Notes under the pieces: generated by a model | Told to the model about the DNA's origin: nothing | What the model saw: the letters and a program-made list of their open reading frames with translations, nothing else | Database searches by the model: none | DNA from: an uncultured Solirubrobacterales bacterium | Lineage (GTDB): Bacteria > Actinomycetota > Thermoleophilia > Solirubrobacterales > Solirubrobacteraceae | DNA: 64,000 nucleotides | Assembly (NCBI GenBank): GCA_963734715.1 | Contig: CAVTIB010000002.1 | Span: 299,733-363,732, forward strand | Reading direction: 5' to 3' | Position numbers and translations under genes: made by a program | Part shown: positions 29,470 through 40,275 of the stretch, one piece after another | Numbering within the stretch: position 1 is the stretch's first letter | Layout of the letters: each line of letters opens with the position of its first letter

Positions 29470-30921
29470 ATGTCGCGTATCCGCATACTCCTTTGTGCAT
29501 TACTCGCCTGCTCGGCGCTCCTCTCAGCCACGCTCGGCGCGAGCCAGGCGCTGGCCTCTGCCAATCAGAAGCTCTACTTCGAGGCGCCAATGGACCTGTT
29601 GAACCCGAGCACTCGTCCGCACGCGCTCGTGCAGCTGCAAGAACTCGGCGTGCGCGCACTGCGCGTGGAGCTCAATTGGTATGAAGTCGCGCCCGACCCC
29701 ACCAGTGTCACGAAGCCGAACTTCGAAGCGAGGAACCCCGGCAGCTACGCCTGGGGCCAGTACGCCGTCCTGCTCGCTGAAGCCCAGCGGCTGGGCTGGC
29801 AGGTGCTGCTGACCGTCACCTCGCCCGTGCCGCGGTGGGCCACCGCCAACCACAAAGCCCCGTACACGACACGCCCAGACGCGCAGGACTTCAAGGAATT
29901 CATGACTGCGGTGGCCGGCGAGTTCGGCTCGGAGGTCTCGGTCTACTCGATCTGGAACGAGCCCAACGAGCCCGCCTATCTGATGCCACAGTGGAGCTCC
30001 AGTGGCAAGCCCGTCTCGGGACGCATCTACCGCGGCCTCTATCAGGCCGGCTACGAAGGGCTGCAGGCGGCCGGGATCGCTCATCCCAAGGTGCTGTTCG
30101 GCGAGACGGCGCCGGTCGGCTACGACACAGTCAATCCCCGCAAGGAACACTCGGCCGCGCTGCTGCATCCGGTGGCGCCGCTGGCCTTCATGCGCGAAGC
30201 GCTGTGCCTGAACGCGAAGTACAAGAAATCAGGCTCCTGCGGTGAGCTGCAGATGACCGGCTACGCCCACCATGCCTACTTCCCGGCGGCCGGTCCCAAA
30301 TATGTCTGGCCGCAGAAGGACAGCGTGACGATCGCCTCGATCTCGCGGCTGTCAAACGCGCTGAACCTGGCCGCGCGGGCGCACGCGATCCCGGGAGGTG
30401 TGCCGATCTACCTGACCGAGTTCGGGGTGCAGAGCAAGCCGAACAAGTACGAAGGCGTGTCGGCCGCAAAGCAGGCCGAATACGACGCGATCGCCGAGCA
30501 CATGGCCTACTCCAACCCGCGGGTGGCGGCGTTCTCGCAGTACCTGCTCAAGGACGACCCGCTCAGCGGGCGTCTAACGGCCAGCACGATCGGCGGCTTC
30601 GTCGGCTTCCAGACGGGCCTTGAGTACGTGACCGGCCAGCCCAAGCCGCTGTATGCCGGCTTCCCGGTGCCGCTGACGGTCACCAAGCGCGGCGGCGGCT
30701 TCTCGCTGTGGGGCCTGGTGCGCCCCACGACCAGCGCCACCAAAGTGACGGTGCTGATCGAGCGCAAGGGCTCGCACAGCTATCGCACGCTGAAGACGGT
30801 GAGCACCAACGGCGCCGGCTACTGGTCCTTCAACTCCTCCACCAAGGGAACCGCCTGGCGCGTGCGCTGGATCAGCCCGGCCGGCGTCAAGTACGAAGGC
30901 CCGCCGATCCGCGCCTACTGA
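29470..30921 (+). CDS. Secreted clan GH-A glycoside hydrolase with C-terminal beta domain
   Basis: Signal peptide, IWNEPN, YAHHAY, YLTEFG, FQTGL. Confidence 0.78.
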   Translation: MSRIRILLCALLACSALLSATLGASQALASANQKLYFEAPMDLLNPSTRPHALVQLQELGVRALRVELNWYEVAPDPTSVTKPNFEARNPGSYAWGQYAVLLAEAQRLGWQVLLTVTSPVPRWATANHKAPYTTRPDAQDFKEFMTAVAGEFGSEVSVYSIWNEPNEPAYLMPQWSSSGKPVSGRIYRGLYQAGYEGLQAAGIAHPKVLFGETAPVGYDTVNPRKEHSAALLHPVAPLAFMREALCLNAKYKKSGSCGELQMTGYAHHAYFPAAGPKYVWPQKDSVTIASISRLSNALNLAARAHAIPGGVPIYLTEFGVQSKPNKYEGVSAAKQAEYDAIAEHMAYSNPRVAAFSQYLLKDDPLSGRLTASTIGGFVGFQTGLEYVTGQPKPLYAGFPVPLTVTKRGGGFSLWGLVRPTTSATKVTVLIERKGSHSYRTLKTVSTNGAGYWSFNSSTKGTAWRVRWISPAGVKYEGPPIRAY

Positions 30922-30941
30922 CGGCCTACTAAACTGACCGC

Positions 30942-31775
30942 ATGAGCGCGCCCCAGCTGAGCGTGCTGATGCCGGCCTACAACGAGGCTGGCACGATCGG
31001 CGATGTGTTGGAGGCGCTGAAAGCGCTCGACTACGAGCTGGAGATCATCGTCGTGGACGATTGCTCCAGCGACGAGACGGCCGCGATCGTCACGGCGCTG
31101 GCAGAGGATGACGGGCGGATCACGCTGTGCAGACACGAGCGCAATCGAGGCAAGGGGGCGGCCGTGCGCACGGCGCTCGCGCGCTCGACGGGTGCCGTCG
31201 TAATCATCCAGGACGCCGATGCCGAGTACGACCCGGCTGACATTCCCAGCCTGGTCGACCTGATCCTCGCCGGGAGGGCCGACGCCGTCTATGGCAGTCG
31301 CCTGCGCGGCGGCCAGCCGCAGCGCGCGCACCTGTTCTGGCACTACGCCGGCAATCGCTTTTTGAGCCTTCTCACCGGGATGCTGTTCAACACCACGCTG
31401 TCGGACATGGAGGTCGGCTACAAGGCGATCCGCGGCGACATCGCCCGGGGCCTTGAGCTCGTCTCCGATGATTTCTGCATTGAGCCGGAGATCACCGCCC
31501 GCATCGTCTCGATACCTGACATCCGTATCTACGAGGTGCCGATCGCCTACTACGGCCGCACGTTCGCCGAAGGCAAGAAGATCACCTGGCGGGACGGGCT
31601 GCGCGCGGTGTGGGCGCTGTGGCGCTTTCGCCTGGTGACGTGGCGCGAGCGCCCCGACCGCACCGCCGATCTCCAGACGAGTCTTAGTAGGAGCTCGGTG
31701 TCGCCGTTTGAAGCTGACGGTGGAGAGCTTTCGCGACGGCGAGCAGCGCGGGTCGCGCGACGCCGCTCGCACTGA
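30942..31775 (+). CDS. Glycosyltransferase family 2 (polyprenyl-phosphate GT-like)
   Basis: MPAYNE, VDDCSSD, GKGAAVR, QDADAEYDP, GKKITWRDG. Confidence 0.87.
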   Translation: MSAPQLSVLMPAYNEAGTIGDVLEALKALDYELEIIVVDDCSSDETAAIVTALAEDDGRITLCRHERNRGKGAAVRTALARSTGAVVIIQDADAEYDPADIPSLVDLILAGRADAVYGSRLRGGQPQRAHLFWHYAGNRFLSLLTGMLFNTTLSDMEVGYKAIRGDIARGLELVSDDFCIEPEITARIVSIPDIRIYEVPIAYYGRTFAEGKKITWRDGLRAVWALWRFRLVTWRERPDRTADLQTSLSRSSVSPFEADGGELSRRRAARVARRRSH

Positions 31776-32712
31776 CGAGCCCCGCGTCCCAGGTCGACTT
31801 CTTCGCTGCCTGGGGAGTTCCGGGCGAGCGCCAGTGGTAGTAGTAGACGCGCGTGATCCGCGGGCTGATCGCGGCGAGCTTGAAGATGTTCTTGGCGACT
31901 TTGGCGGCGTAGGCGACGCCGTGGTAGATCAGTTTGCCGTGGAAGCGCCACCAGACGATGCCGCCGACCTCGCTGAACCAGACTTGACCGTGGACAAAGG
32001 AGAGGAGTCTCCTGATCGCACGAGAATTGTCGGTGCTGACGCTGATGTACGGATTCAGCGGCCAGATCTTGGGATAGGGGTGGGCGCTGCGCAGGAACTG
32101 GCCGATCCAGCGCTCGATGTTGCCATCGGCGTCGAGCGTGTCCGGCGCGGTGACCATGCAGCCGGAGCAGTGGGAGGCGATCGCGTTGTAGTACTGCGCG
32201 GCAAGCCGCGGATGGCGCGCGGTCGGCTGCCCCGCGTGGGTGGCCTCGTCCCAGGGACAGAACTCGCTGACCCAAGGGAAAAGCGCACGGAAACGCAGGA
32301 AGTCCTTGAGGAACTGCGCCTGGGTGGGCGCGCGATCATTGCCGTCGGCATGCTGGAAGGTGATCAGCGGCGTGATCCCGGCGCGCCTGACGGCGGCCAG
32401 CCAGGCGCTCACGGCCGCCAGATCGCGCGGGACCGCCACCACGTTCCAGGGCACGACATCGCGCGCGTTACGGACCCCGAGCTCGGCGACCCGTGGGTCG
32501 GAGAACGTCGCCGGTTCGTAGTCCGCGAGCCCGAACTGGAAGCCGGCGGCGGCCGCCGTCGCATCCGGCGTATCCCACACCGAGGCAACGGATGCTGAGG
32601 CCTCCGCCGGCGCCGCCCCTGCCCCCGCAGCCGACCCCGGAGCCGCCATGGCCGACAGCGCGACACAGGCCAGCACGACGCCGAGCGCCGCCTGCTTGGT
32701 GGGACGAAGCAT
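31684..32712 (-). CDS. Secreted GH-A-like protein, paralog of 28266..29318
   Basis: FGLAD, VPW, PWDEATH, WPLNPY, WFSEVGG, YYYHW, WDAGL. Confidence 0.7.
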   Translation of the reverse strand: MLRPTKQAALGVVLACVALSAMAAPGSAAGAGAAPAEASASVASVWDTPDATAAAAGFQFGLADYEPATFSDPRVAELGVRNARDVVPWNVVAVPRDLAAVSAWLAAVRRAGITPLITFQHADGNDRAPTQAQFLKDFLRFRALFPWVSEFCPWDEATHAGQPTARHPRLAAQYYNAIASHCSGCMVTAPDTLDADGNIERWIGQFLRSAHPYPKIWPLNPYISVSTDNSRAIRRLLSFVHGQVWFSEVGGIVWWRFHGKLIYHGVAYAAKVAKNIFKLAAISPRITRVYYYHWRSPGTPQAAKKSTWDAGLVSASGVARPALLAVAKALHRQLQTATPSSY

Positions 32713-32714
32713 GA

Positions 32715-35146
32715 CTATGCCTTCAACAACGGCGCGTCGCGTTCGGAGCGGCGTCCCTCCACCCACTTGCTCGCGGCTGCCCGCCCGCTCGCGCCCGGAT
32801 CGCCGCCCCCACCGTCGCCCTCAACCGCGCCGAGCATGCGCTCCAGCAGCAGGCGCGCGCCCGTCTTGGACAGCGGTTCGTTGAGGTTGCCGCACTTCGG
32901 CGACTGGACGCACGAGGGGCAGCCGCTGGCGCAGGGGCACTCGGCGATCAGGCGCAGCGCGTCGCCGCAGAGCTCCTCGAAGCGCGTGAAGGCGGTGCGC
33001 GTGATGCCGATGCCGCCGGGATGTCCGTCGTAGATGAAGATCGTTGCGCCGCCGGTCTGCGGGTGCAGGTTGGTGGACAGCCCGCCGATGTCCCAGCGGT
33101 CGCACATCGCGATCAGCGGCAGCACGGCGATCTGCGCGTGCTCGGTTGCGTGCAGCGCGCCGAGCAGCGCCTCCAGCGGGATCGCGTCGCCCAGCCCCAG
33201 CTCGGCGGAGTGCAGCTCGAACCACAGCGCCTGCGTGGAGAAGCTCGTGGGCGGCAGATCGAGCCCCACGAGGTCGAGGAACGCGTTATCCGCCACACGC
33301 TTGCGCTGGTAGGCCAGCACGGTGTCGGTGACGGCGACCTCGCCGAAGCTGAGGGTCACCCCGAGCGTCTCGCGGCGGTCGAGCAGACGCTCGATCGTGG
33401 TGTCGGTCTCGCGCTTGGGCTGTGTGTACCAATCGCCGTCAAACGGCGCGATCAGCGCGCGGCGATGTTGCAGGTCGAGCTCGCGCACCTCGTAGGAGCG
33501 CCCGAGGTGCAGGTAGATCGCGCCCTCGTGCACGGTCGAATGGGCGCGAGCGACCTCCGTCGAGCCGAGCAGCTCGCCGGAGGCGACGTCGATGATCGCA
33601 AAGCTCTCAGCGGAGGCAGAGCGCAGCGAGACCTCCGCCGCGGGGTATCCGCTGGGCTGGCGGGGAACGTAGGTATTGGCCCCGCCCCCCCGACTCGCTC
33701 CCCCAGCCGGCGGCGCAGCTCGCCGGTGCTGAGCAGGACCTCGGCGTGGGCCTCCCAGCGCGGCCCGAGGAACTCGGCATCCTCGCTCGACAGGGGCCCC
33801 TCGTGCGCGGCGCAGAGCAGGTGCCGGCGGAAGATCTCCGGGCTCTCGTGGTCGAGGATCGCGGCCTCGACGGGACGCTCCAAGAAGTCGTCGGGATGGC
33901 GGCAGAAGAACTGGTCGAGCGCGTCCTCGCCCGCGACGTACACCGCCAGACCCCGACCGCGCCGCCCGGCGCGGCCCCACATCTGGCGCAGCGAGGCGAC
34001 GGTCCCGGGGAAGGTGACGACCACGGCGGCGTCGAGCTCGCCGATGTCGATGCCGAGCTCCAGGGCGTCGGTCGTGATCACCGCGCGCAGCTCGCCGCGG
34101 ACCAGGCGGCCCTCGAGCTCGCGACGCTGCTGGGAGGTGTAGCCGGCGCGGTAGGGGACCACGAGCTTGGCAAGCTCGGGGTCGGAGTTCGTCTCGGCTC
34201 CGTCCAAATCGGCGACGAGCAGCTTGTGCAGCACCTCGACGCCCTTGCGCGACTTCATGAAGCAGATCAGCCGCGCGCCGTCGCGCACGAGCCGCGCGAG
34301 CAGCTCAGCCGCCTCAGCGAGCGCCGAGCGGCGCTTGCCCAGCGCCTCGTCGGTCAGCGGCGGATTCCAGATCGCGATCTGCCGGCCCGGCGCCGGCGAG
34401 CCGTCCGCGTCGATCAGGCTCACGTCCTCCAGGCCCGTCAGGCGCTCGGCCAGCTCGATCGGGTTGGCGATCGTGGCCGAGGTGAGCAGGAAGCGCGGGG
34501 TCGTGCCGTAGGCCGCCGCGATCCGCCGCAGCCGCCGCAGGACGTTCGCGACGTGCGAGCCGAACACGCCGCGGTAGACGTGGGCCTCGTCGACGACGAC
34601 GATCGCGAGGTTCGCGAACAGCTCGGCCCAGGCGGCGTGGTTGGGCAGGATGCCGACGTGGAGCATGTCGGGGTTGGTGAGCACGATGTTCGCCCGCCGG
34701 CGGATGTCCGCGCGCGCCTCGCGCGGCGTGTCGCCGTCGTAGATCGCCGGGTGGACTCGCTTGGTGAGACCGAAGGCCGAGAGCGCGCGCGCCTGGTCCT
34801 GGGCGAGCGCCTTGGTCGGGTACAGATAGAGCGCGCGCGCTTTGGTGTCGCGGCAGAGCACGTCGAGCGTCGGCAGGTTGAAGCACATCGACTTGCCCGA
34901 GGCGGTGCCGGTGGTGACGATCGTCGGGCCGTCCCACGAGGAGTAGATCGCCTCCGCTTGGTGGGAGTAGAGGCGCTCGACCGCCAGGCGCTCGAGCGCC
35001 GCGAGCACCTCTGGATGCAACTCCGCGGGTGGCTCCACGAGCTTGGCCTGGCCAGGTCCTTCGCGCGCCTCGCGCACGAGTCGCCCATCCTCGCGCGCCT
35101 CGTCCAGCAGCGCGCTCCAGGGCTCGATCGTGCGTTGCAGGGCCAC
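32715..35146 (-). CDS. DEAD/DEAH helicase with DUF1998 (MrfA/YprA/Hrq1-like), apparent frameshift at ~33685
   Basis: TGTASGKS, YPTKAL, DEAH, SAT, ALELGIDIG, GRAGR; C-terminal CPCASGCPSC in the next frame; break near a C7 run. Confidence 0.9.
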
Positions 35147-35166
35147 CGCTTGCGATAGTAGAGGCG

Positions 35167-36051
35167 ATGGACTCTCCGATCCCCGCCGCGCGCGAGAATC
35201 ACGGCAACGACCGTCTTTCGATCGCCTCCGCCGCTGCCACGCGCGCTCTGTACCTCGACCTCGACGGCACATTGCTTGGCAGGGGCGCTTCGCTGCTGCG
35301 CGACGGCGAGGGCAACGTGTCGCTCGATGGGGTGCGCGCCGTGCAGGCGTGCATGCGCGCTGAGGTGGAGGTGGTGCTGATGTCAGGGCGCCGGCGCGCG
35401 CAGGTCTTCGAGGACGCGCGGCTGCTCGGACAGAGCTCCTTCATCTACGAGTCCGGCGCGTGCGTCGTGCTGGATGGGGAGGAGCAGTGGCTGACGGGCG
35501 ATCTGCTGCCGGGCGAGCTGAGCATCGCCGAGCAGATCGAGCGCTCGGGCGCGCCGGAACTGCTGCTGGAGCGCTATGTGGGGCGCTTGGAGTACCACGA
35601 GCCGTGGCACACCGAGCGCGAGGTCTCGCACCTGTTTCGCGGTCTCGTGGACGCTGGTGAGGTGGATGCCCTACTGGCCGAGCACGGTCACGGGGACCTG
35701 CGACTGGTGGATAACGGAGTGGTCAACCGCCGCTCACCCGCACTGGCCGACTGGATCACGTGCGTGGCTACCACCTGCTGCCCACCAGCGCCTCGAAGGC
35801 AAGCGCGGTCGCTTGGCACCGTCGGCACGCGGCTATGCCCGTGAGGAGATGCTTCGCGGTGGGTGACTCGCGCGAGGACCTCGCGTGCGCGGAGCAGGTA
35901 AATGTCTTCTGGCTGGTGGCAAATGGGATGGAAGCGCGATCCGTCGATCCGCAGACACTTGCAAAATACGACGAACGCGCGCGTCACTGAGGCCGGAAAC
36001 GGCGCGGGGGTCTACGAGGCCGTCGTGAGCACATTGATGGGTCCGTCATGA
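35167..36051 (+). CDS. HAD-superfamily hydrolase (several apparent indels at 35750-35980)
   Basis: YLDLDGTLLG, MSGR; later frames carry SKA..V, AVGDSREDL and VTEAGNGAGVYEAV. Confidence 0.72.
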
Positions 36052-36144
36052 GCACGTTGATGGGCTGAGCAAAACGTCCGTGGGTTGAACGTCGGTGGGT
36101 TGACTTTTGTGATCGTCCGCGCGTCGCGTGGGCGTCACGAGCGC

Positions 36145-36171
36145 GTAGGGGCGGGGCCTCCATGCCCCGCC
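36145..36171. terminator. GTAG-flanked 8-bp GC hairpin between convergent genes (terminator or REP-like)
   Basis: GTAGG GGCGGGGC CTCCAT GCCCCGCC. Confidence 0.4.
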
Positions 36172-36239
36172 TCGAGGCTCACTTCTCCGCTCAGGGCCTC
36201 CCTTCCTCGCCTCCGAAGATCTGCATGCCCCGCCGAGAC

Positions 36240-37556
36240 CTACTTCCCTCTCGCCCAACGCCACGTACGCCGCCAAAACCCGGGCTGCGGACGCCTGCGC
36301 CAGAGCGCCGGCGGCGGCACCGTGGCCCGCACGAGCGCCACCCACTCATCCAGCGGCAACTCGCCGGAGATCAACCGTCCCAGCGCGCTCGTCACCGGTG
36401 CGCCGACGCCTGCCGCCTCCAGCGCACGGGCCAAGAGCGGCACGGACTCCAAGGCCTCGACCGCCTGGCCGATGCGCGCGGGGATCTCCGCGGCGGGCAC
36501 GCCGCCGGCCAGCAACTCACCGGCGCGGCGGTTGCGGCTATCGCGCGCCAGGGCCGTGGCTACCAAGTCGCCCGCGCCGGCCAGCCCGATCATCGACTCC
36601 GGTCGCGCGCCCAGCCCCTCGGCGTAGCGCCACACCTCGGCGAAGATGTGCCCGGCGGCCGCGCCCGCGGCGTTCAGGCCCTGGGCCTCGGTGGCACCCG
36701 CGGCCAGCGCCGCTGCGTTCTTCGCGGCGCCCGCCAGCTCGACGCCGAGCGGGTCGTTGGACTGCTCGCAGACGACTCCCGCGCGTGTGAACACCTGCGC
36801 GAGGGCGCGCGCGAGCTCCTCCTCGCTGGAGGCTGCCACCAGCCCCGCGCCCTCGTGCACCATCTCCTGGGCGTGCGCCGGTCCGCCGAGGCAAGCGACC
36901 CGCTGCGGGCCGAAGCGCGCGCTGAGGACCATCGTGGGCGGCAGCCCTTCCGGCGGAACGAGACCCTTGGCCACCGAGACCACCGCCGCGCGCTTGCCCA
37001 GCCCGGCCTCGTCGAGCATCGCGATCACCTCGTCCAGCCCGCTGGAGGGCACCGCCAGGAACACGTAGTCGGCGCGCGCCACGCCGGCCGAGGTCGGCTC
37101 GATGCGAAGCTGCGTGGGCAACTCCACGCCAGGTAGGTAGACGCGGTTCTCGCGCTCCCGCTCCAAGTCGGCCGCTTGCTCGGCGGTGCGCGCCTGCAAC
37201 GTCGTGCGCAGCCCGCCCCGCGCGAGCAGCACAGCTAGCGCCGTGCCGAACGATCCGGCCCCGATCACGCTCGCGCGCTTGGCGCCCGGCGTGGGCAGCG
37301 AGCGCGTGCGCGAGGCACGGACCGCTGGGCTCGTGGCCGTGGGCGCCGCGGCGCTTGCGGGCGCGGCGGCACTCGCAGGACCGCCCGCGCTCGCTAGATC
37401 GCCCGCGCTTGCCAGACCGCTCGCGCTCGCCGGACCGCCCCCGCTTACCAGACCGCCCCCGCTCGTCAGGCCGCCCGCGCTTGCCAGACTGCCCGCGCTT
37501 GCCGGTGTGACGGCGCGCGACGTGCCCGGGGTCGCAGTAGGCTCGGGGTCGGTCAT
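36240..37556 (-). CDS. gpsA: NAD(P)H-dependent glycerol-3-phosphate dehydrogenase
   Basis: GAGSFGTALA, AVPS, SVAKG, GGPAHA, GAAKN, GDLVAT..SRN. Confidence 0.88.
   Translation of the reverse strand: MTDPEPTATPGTSRAVTPASAGSLASAGGLTSGGGLVSGGGPASASGLASAGDLASAGGPASAAAPASAAAPTATSPAVRASRTRSLPTPGAKRASVIGAGSFGTALAVLLARGGLRTTLQARTAEQAADLERERENRVYLPGVELPTQLRIEPTSAGVARADYVFLAVPSSGLDEVIAMLDEAGLGKRAAVVSVAKGLVPPEGLPPTMVLSARFGPQRVACLGGPAHAQEMVHEGAGLVAASSEEELARALAQVFTRAGVVCEQSNDPLGVELAGAAKNAAALAAGATEAQGLNAAGAAAGHIFAEVWRYAEGLGARPESMIGLAGAGDLVATALARDSRNRRAGELLAGGVPAAEIPARIGQAVEALESVPLLARALEAAGVGAPVTSALGRLISGELPLDEWVALVRATVPPPALWRRRPQPGFWRRTWRWARGK
37345..37505 (-). repeat. Degenerate 18-bp tandem repeat (ASAGGL-like, ~8 units) in the gpsA N-extension
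   Basis: ASAGSL ASAGGL TSGGGL VSGGGP ASASGL ASAGDL ASAGGP ASAAAP. Confidence 0.85.
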
Positions 37557-37585
37557 CTGATGAGCGAGCCTAACGACACCGGCGC

Positions 37586-38997
37586 ATGAATCTCTCGCGC
37601 CAGCGAAACCTGAATGCAAGCTCACGCCCCAGGACCTCAGGCGAGTCGACCTGGCGCAACTGGGCCGGCGATCAATCCTGCCGTCCGGCGGCCGTCGAGC
37701 TCCCCGGCTCGATCGAGGAGATATCCGAAGCGCTAGCCCGCGCCGCCGCGCACGATCGCCGCGTACGCGTGGCCGGCGCCGGGCACTCCTTCAGCGATAT
37801 CGCCCTCACCGAAGGCGCTCAGCTACGCCTGGAGCGACTCACACGCGTGCTCGACGTTGACCGCTCCTCGGGGTTGGTGCGCGTGCAGGGGGGAATCACG
37901 ATCCGTGAGCTGAATCTATGCCTGGCCGAGCACGGGCTCGCGCTGGAGAACCTCGGCGACGTCGACGCCCAGAGCATCGCCGGCGCGATCTCCACGGCGA
38001 CGCACGGGACCGGCGCGCGCCTGCGCAACATCTCCGCGCAGGTGGCCGAGCTCACGCTCGTGCTCGCCGACGGCTCGACCCTGCGTTGCGCCGAGGAGAT
38101 CGACTCCGAGGTCTTTCGCGCCGCGCGCGTCGGCCTCGGCGCACTCGGCGTGATCGCCGAGGTCACCCTCCGTTGTGTCCCCGCCTTCACCCTGCGCGGC
38201 GTCGACGCTCCCGCACCACTGCACGACACGCTGGAGCGCTTCGAGGAGCTGGCGCTCGGCAACGACCACTTCGAGTTCTTCGTCTTCCCGCACGCCGATA
38301 CCGCGCTCACGCGCACCAATAATCGCACCGATCAGCCTCCGCGCCCGCGCGGCCGGGTCAGCGCCTACGCCAACGACGTGCTGCTCACCAACCACGCCTT
38401 CGAGCTGCTCTGTCGCGCCGGGCGCCGCTTCCCGCGGCGCATCCCGCAGCTCAACCGCCTCGTCACCCGCCTCGCCGGTGCGGCCACGCGGGTCGATCGC
38501 TCCGATCGAATCTTCGCCAGTCCGCGGTTGGTGCGCTTCACCGAGATGGAGTACTCGCTACCGCGCGAGCGCACACCCGAGGCGGTCAACCGCATCATGG
38601 CGCTCGTGGCGGCCGAGAGCTGGGGGGTGGGCTTCGAAACCACTTCGCCGTGCCGTTCCCGATCGAGGTGCGCACGGTCGCGCCCGACGATGCGCTGCTC
38701 AGCACCGCGGCCGGCCGCGACAGCGGCTTCGTCGCGGTCCACATGTATCGCGGCATGGCCTGGGAGCCATACTTCCGCGCCGTCGAGGCGATCATGGACG
38801 AGCTCGGTGGGCGTCCGCACTGGGGCAAGCGCCACTTCCAGACCGCCGCGACGCTGCGCCCGCGCTATCCCGACTGGGACCGCTTCCAGGCCGTCCGCGC
38901 CCGGCTCGACCCCGAGGGACGCTTTGCCAACGCCTGGACCGACCGAGTCCTGGGACCCGTCCAACCTCCGCGACCCACCGCCTCTGCCGATGGCTGA
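37586..38997 (+). CDS. FAD-linked aldonolactone oxidase (ALO/GULO family), apparent frameshift at ~38620-38645
   Basis: WRNWAG, GAGHSFS, STATHGTG, FTEMEY; the next frame has FPIEVR, GRPHWGK, LDPEGRF. Confidence 0.88.
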
Positions 38998-40275
38998 CGC
39001 GGCCCATAACCACGCGGCATACGCGCGCTTGGAGCGCGCCACCGTGGACCTGGAGGCGCCGTTTGCGGTGATCGATCTCGACGCGCTGTGGGCCAACGCC
39101 GAGGATCTCGAGCGCCGCGCCGCCCCCAAGCCGATTCGCTTGGCGAGTAAGTCCGTTCGCTGCCGCGCTTTGCAGGAACGCGTGCTTGCCCGCCCGGGGT
39201 TCGCCGGCACGCTTGCCTTCACGCTCCCGGAGGCCCTCTGGCTGGCCTCTCACGGCGCCGAGGACTTGGTCGTGGCCTATCCGACCGCCGACCGGCAGGC
39301 GCTCCGAGCGCTCGCCACACTCACCGCGGAACGACCCATGGTGCGTGTCACGGTGATGGTCGACAGCGTCGAGCAGCTCGACCTGATCGATCGCGTGCTC
39401 GAGCCTATGCGCGGCGATCGCGACGCCGCTGTGCTGCGCGTGTGCATCGATCTCGATGCGGGCTGGTGGACCCTCGGCGGTCGCCTGCGCATCGGCGCCA
39501 AGCGCTCGCCCGTCCACACTCCCGAGCAGGCCTCCGCGCTGGCGCGTGCGATCCTCGCCCGCGGTGACCTAGCGCTGGTAGGGATCATGTCCTATGAGGC
39601 GCAGATCGCCGGCCTCGGCAACACATCGCCCGGGGGGAGGATCGGCCCCCGGCTACGCGCCCGCGCGATCCGTGCGATGCAGGCGCTCTCCGCGAGCGAG
39701 CTGGCTGTGCGCCGCGCCGCGGCGGTTGCCGCGGTGCAACAGGCGATCGGGGAGTCCTCCTCCTCCAGTCCTCCTCCTCCTCCTCCTCCTCCTCGCTGGA
39801 GTTCGTCAACGGCGGCGGTACCGGCAGCCTCGAGTCGACGGCCGCGGAGGGGGCGGTCACCGAGGTGACGGCCGGTTCGGGGCTGTATGGCCCTGGCCTG
39901 TTCGACGCCTATCACGCGTTCACCCCCCGTCCCGCGGCGCTGTTCGCGCTGCCCGTCGTGCGCCGTCCCGGGCCCGGCGTGGTCACGGCGCTGGGAGGTG
40001 GCTACCTCGCCTCCGGTCCGGCCGATCGGGCCCGCCTGCCGCGCCCGCACCTGCCGGCGGGGCTGCGCTTGGACTCCCAGGAGGGCGCCGGCGAGGTGCA
40101 GACGCCGCTGCTCGGCGCCGCCGCTGGCACACTCGCGCTTGGTGACCGCGTCTATCTACGCCATGCCAAGGCCGGCGAGCTGTGTGAGCGCTTCGCCAGC
40201 CTGTACCTGCTCGAAGGCGAGCGGATCGTCGAGGAGGTGCCGACCTACCGTGGTGAGGGACAATGCTTCCTATGA
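38990..40275 (+). CDS. PLP-dependent amino-acid deaminase/aldolase (alanine racemase fold, DSD1-like), apparent frameshift at ~39770-39795
   Basis: IRLASKSVRC, VMVDS, KRSP, MSYEAQIAG; the next frame has EFVNGGGTGS, EVTAGSG, EGAGEVQTP, RHAKAGE. Confidence 0.85.
39755..39793 (+). repeat. (TCC/CCT)n trinucleotide microsatellite
   Basis: TCC x4, AGT, CCT x8. Confidence 0.9.

Noticed and set aside
27507-29564. Long antisense or alternative-frame ORFs (e.g. 685 aa here; also 33746..35158 and 59616..60989)
   Set aside because: Arg/Ala-rich shadow ORFs of high-GC coding regions with no family motifs
32715-35146. DISARM or other defence system around the DUF1998 helicase
   Set aside because: No methylase, DrmA/B/C or nuclease partners; it fits a stand-alone MrfA/Hrq1-type repair helicase
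39755-39793. Phase variation by the (CCT)n tract
   Set aside because: Trinucleotide slippage preserves frame; the shift is better explained by an indel error
37586-39868. 760-aa ALO-PLP enzyme fusion ORF
   Set aside because: Created by the frameshift at ~38630; the true ALO C-terminus is in another frame ending at 38997 and the PLP enzyme starts at 38990
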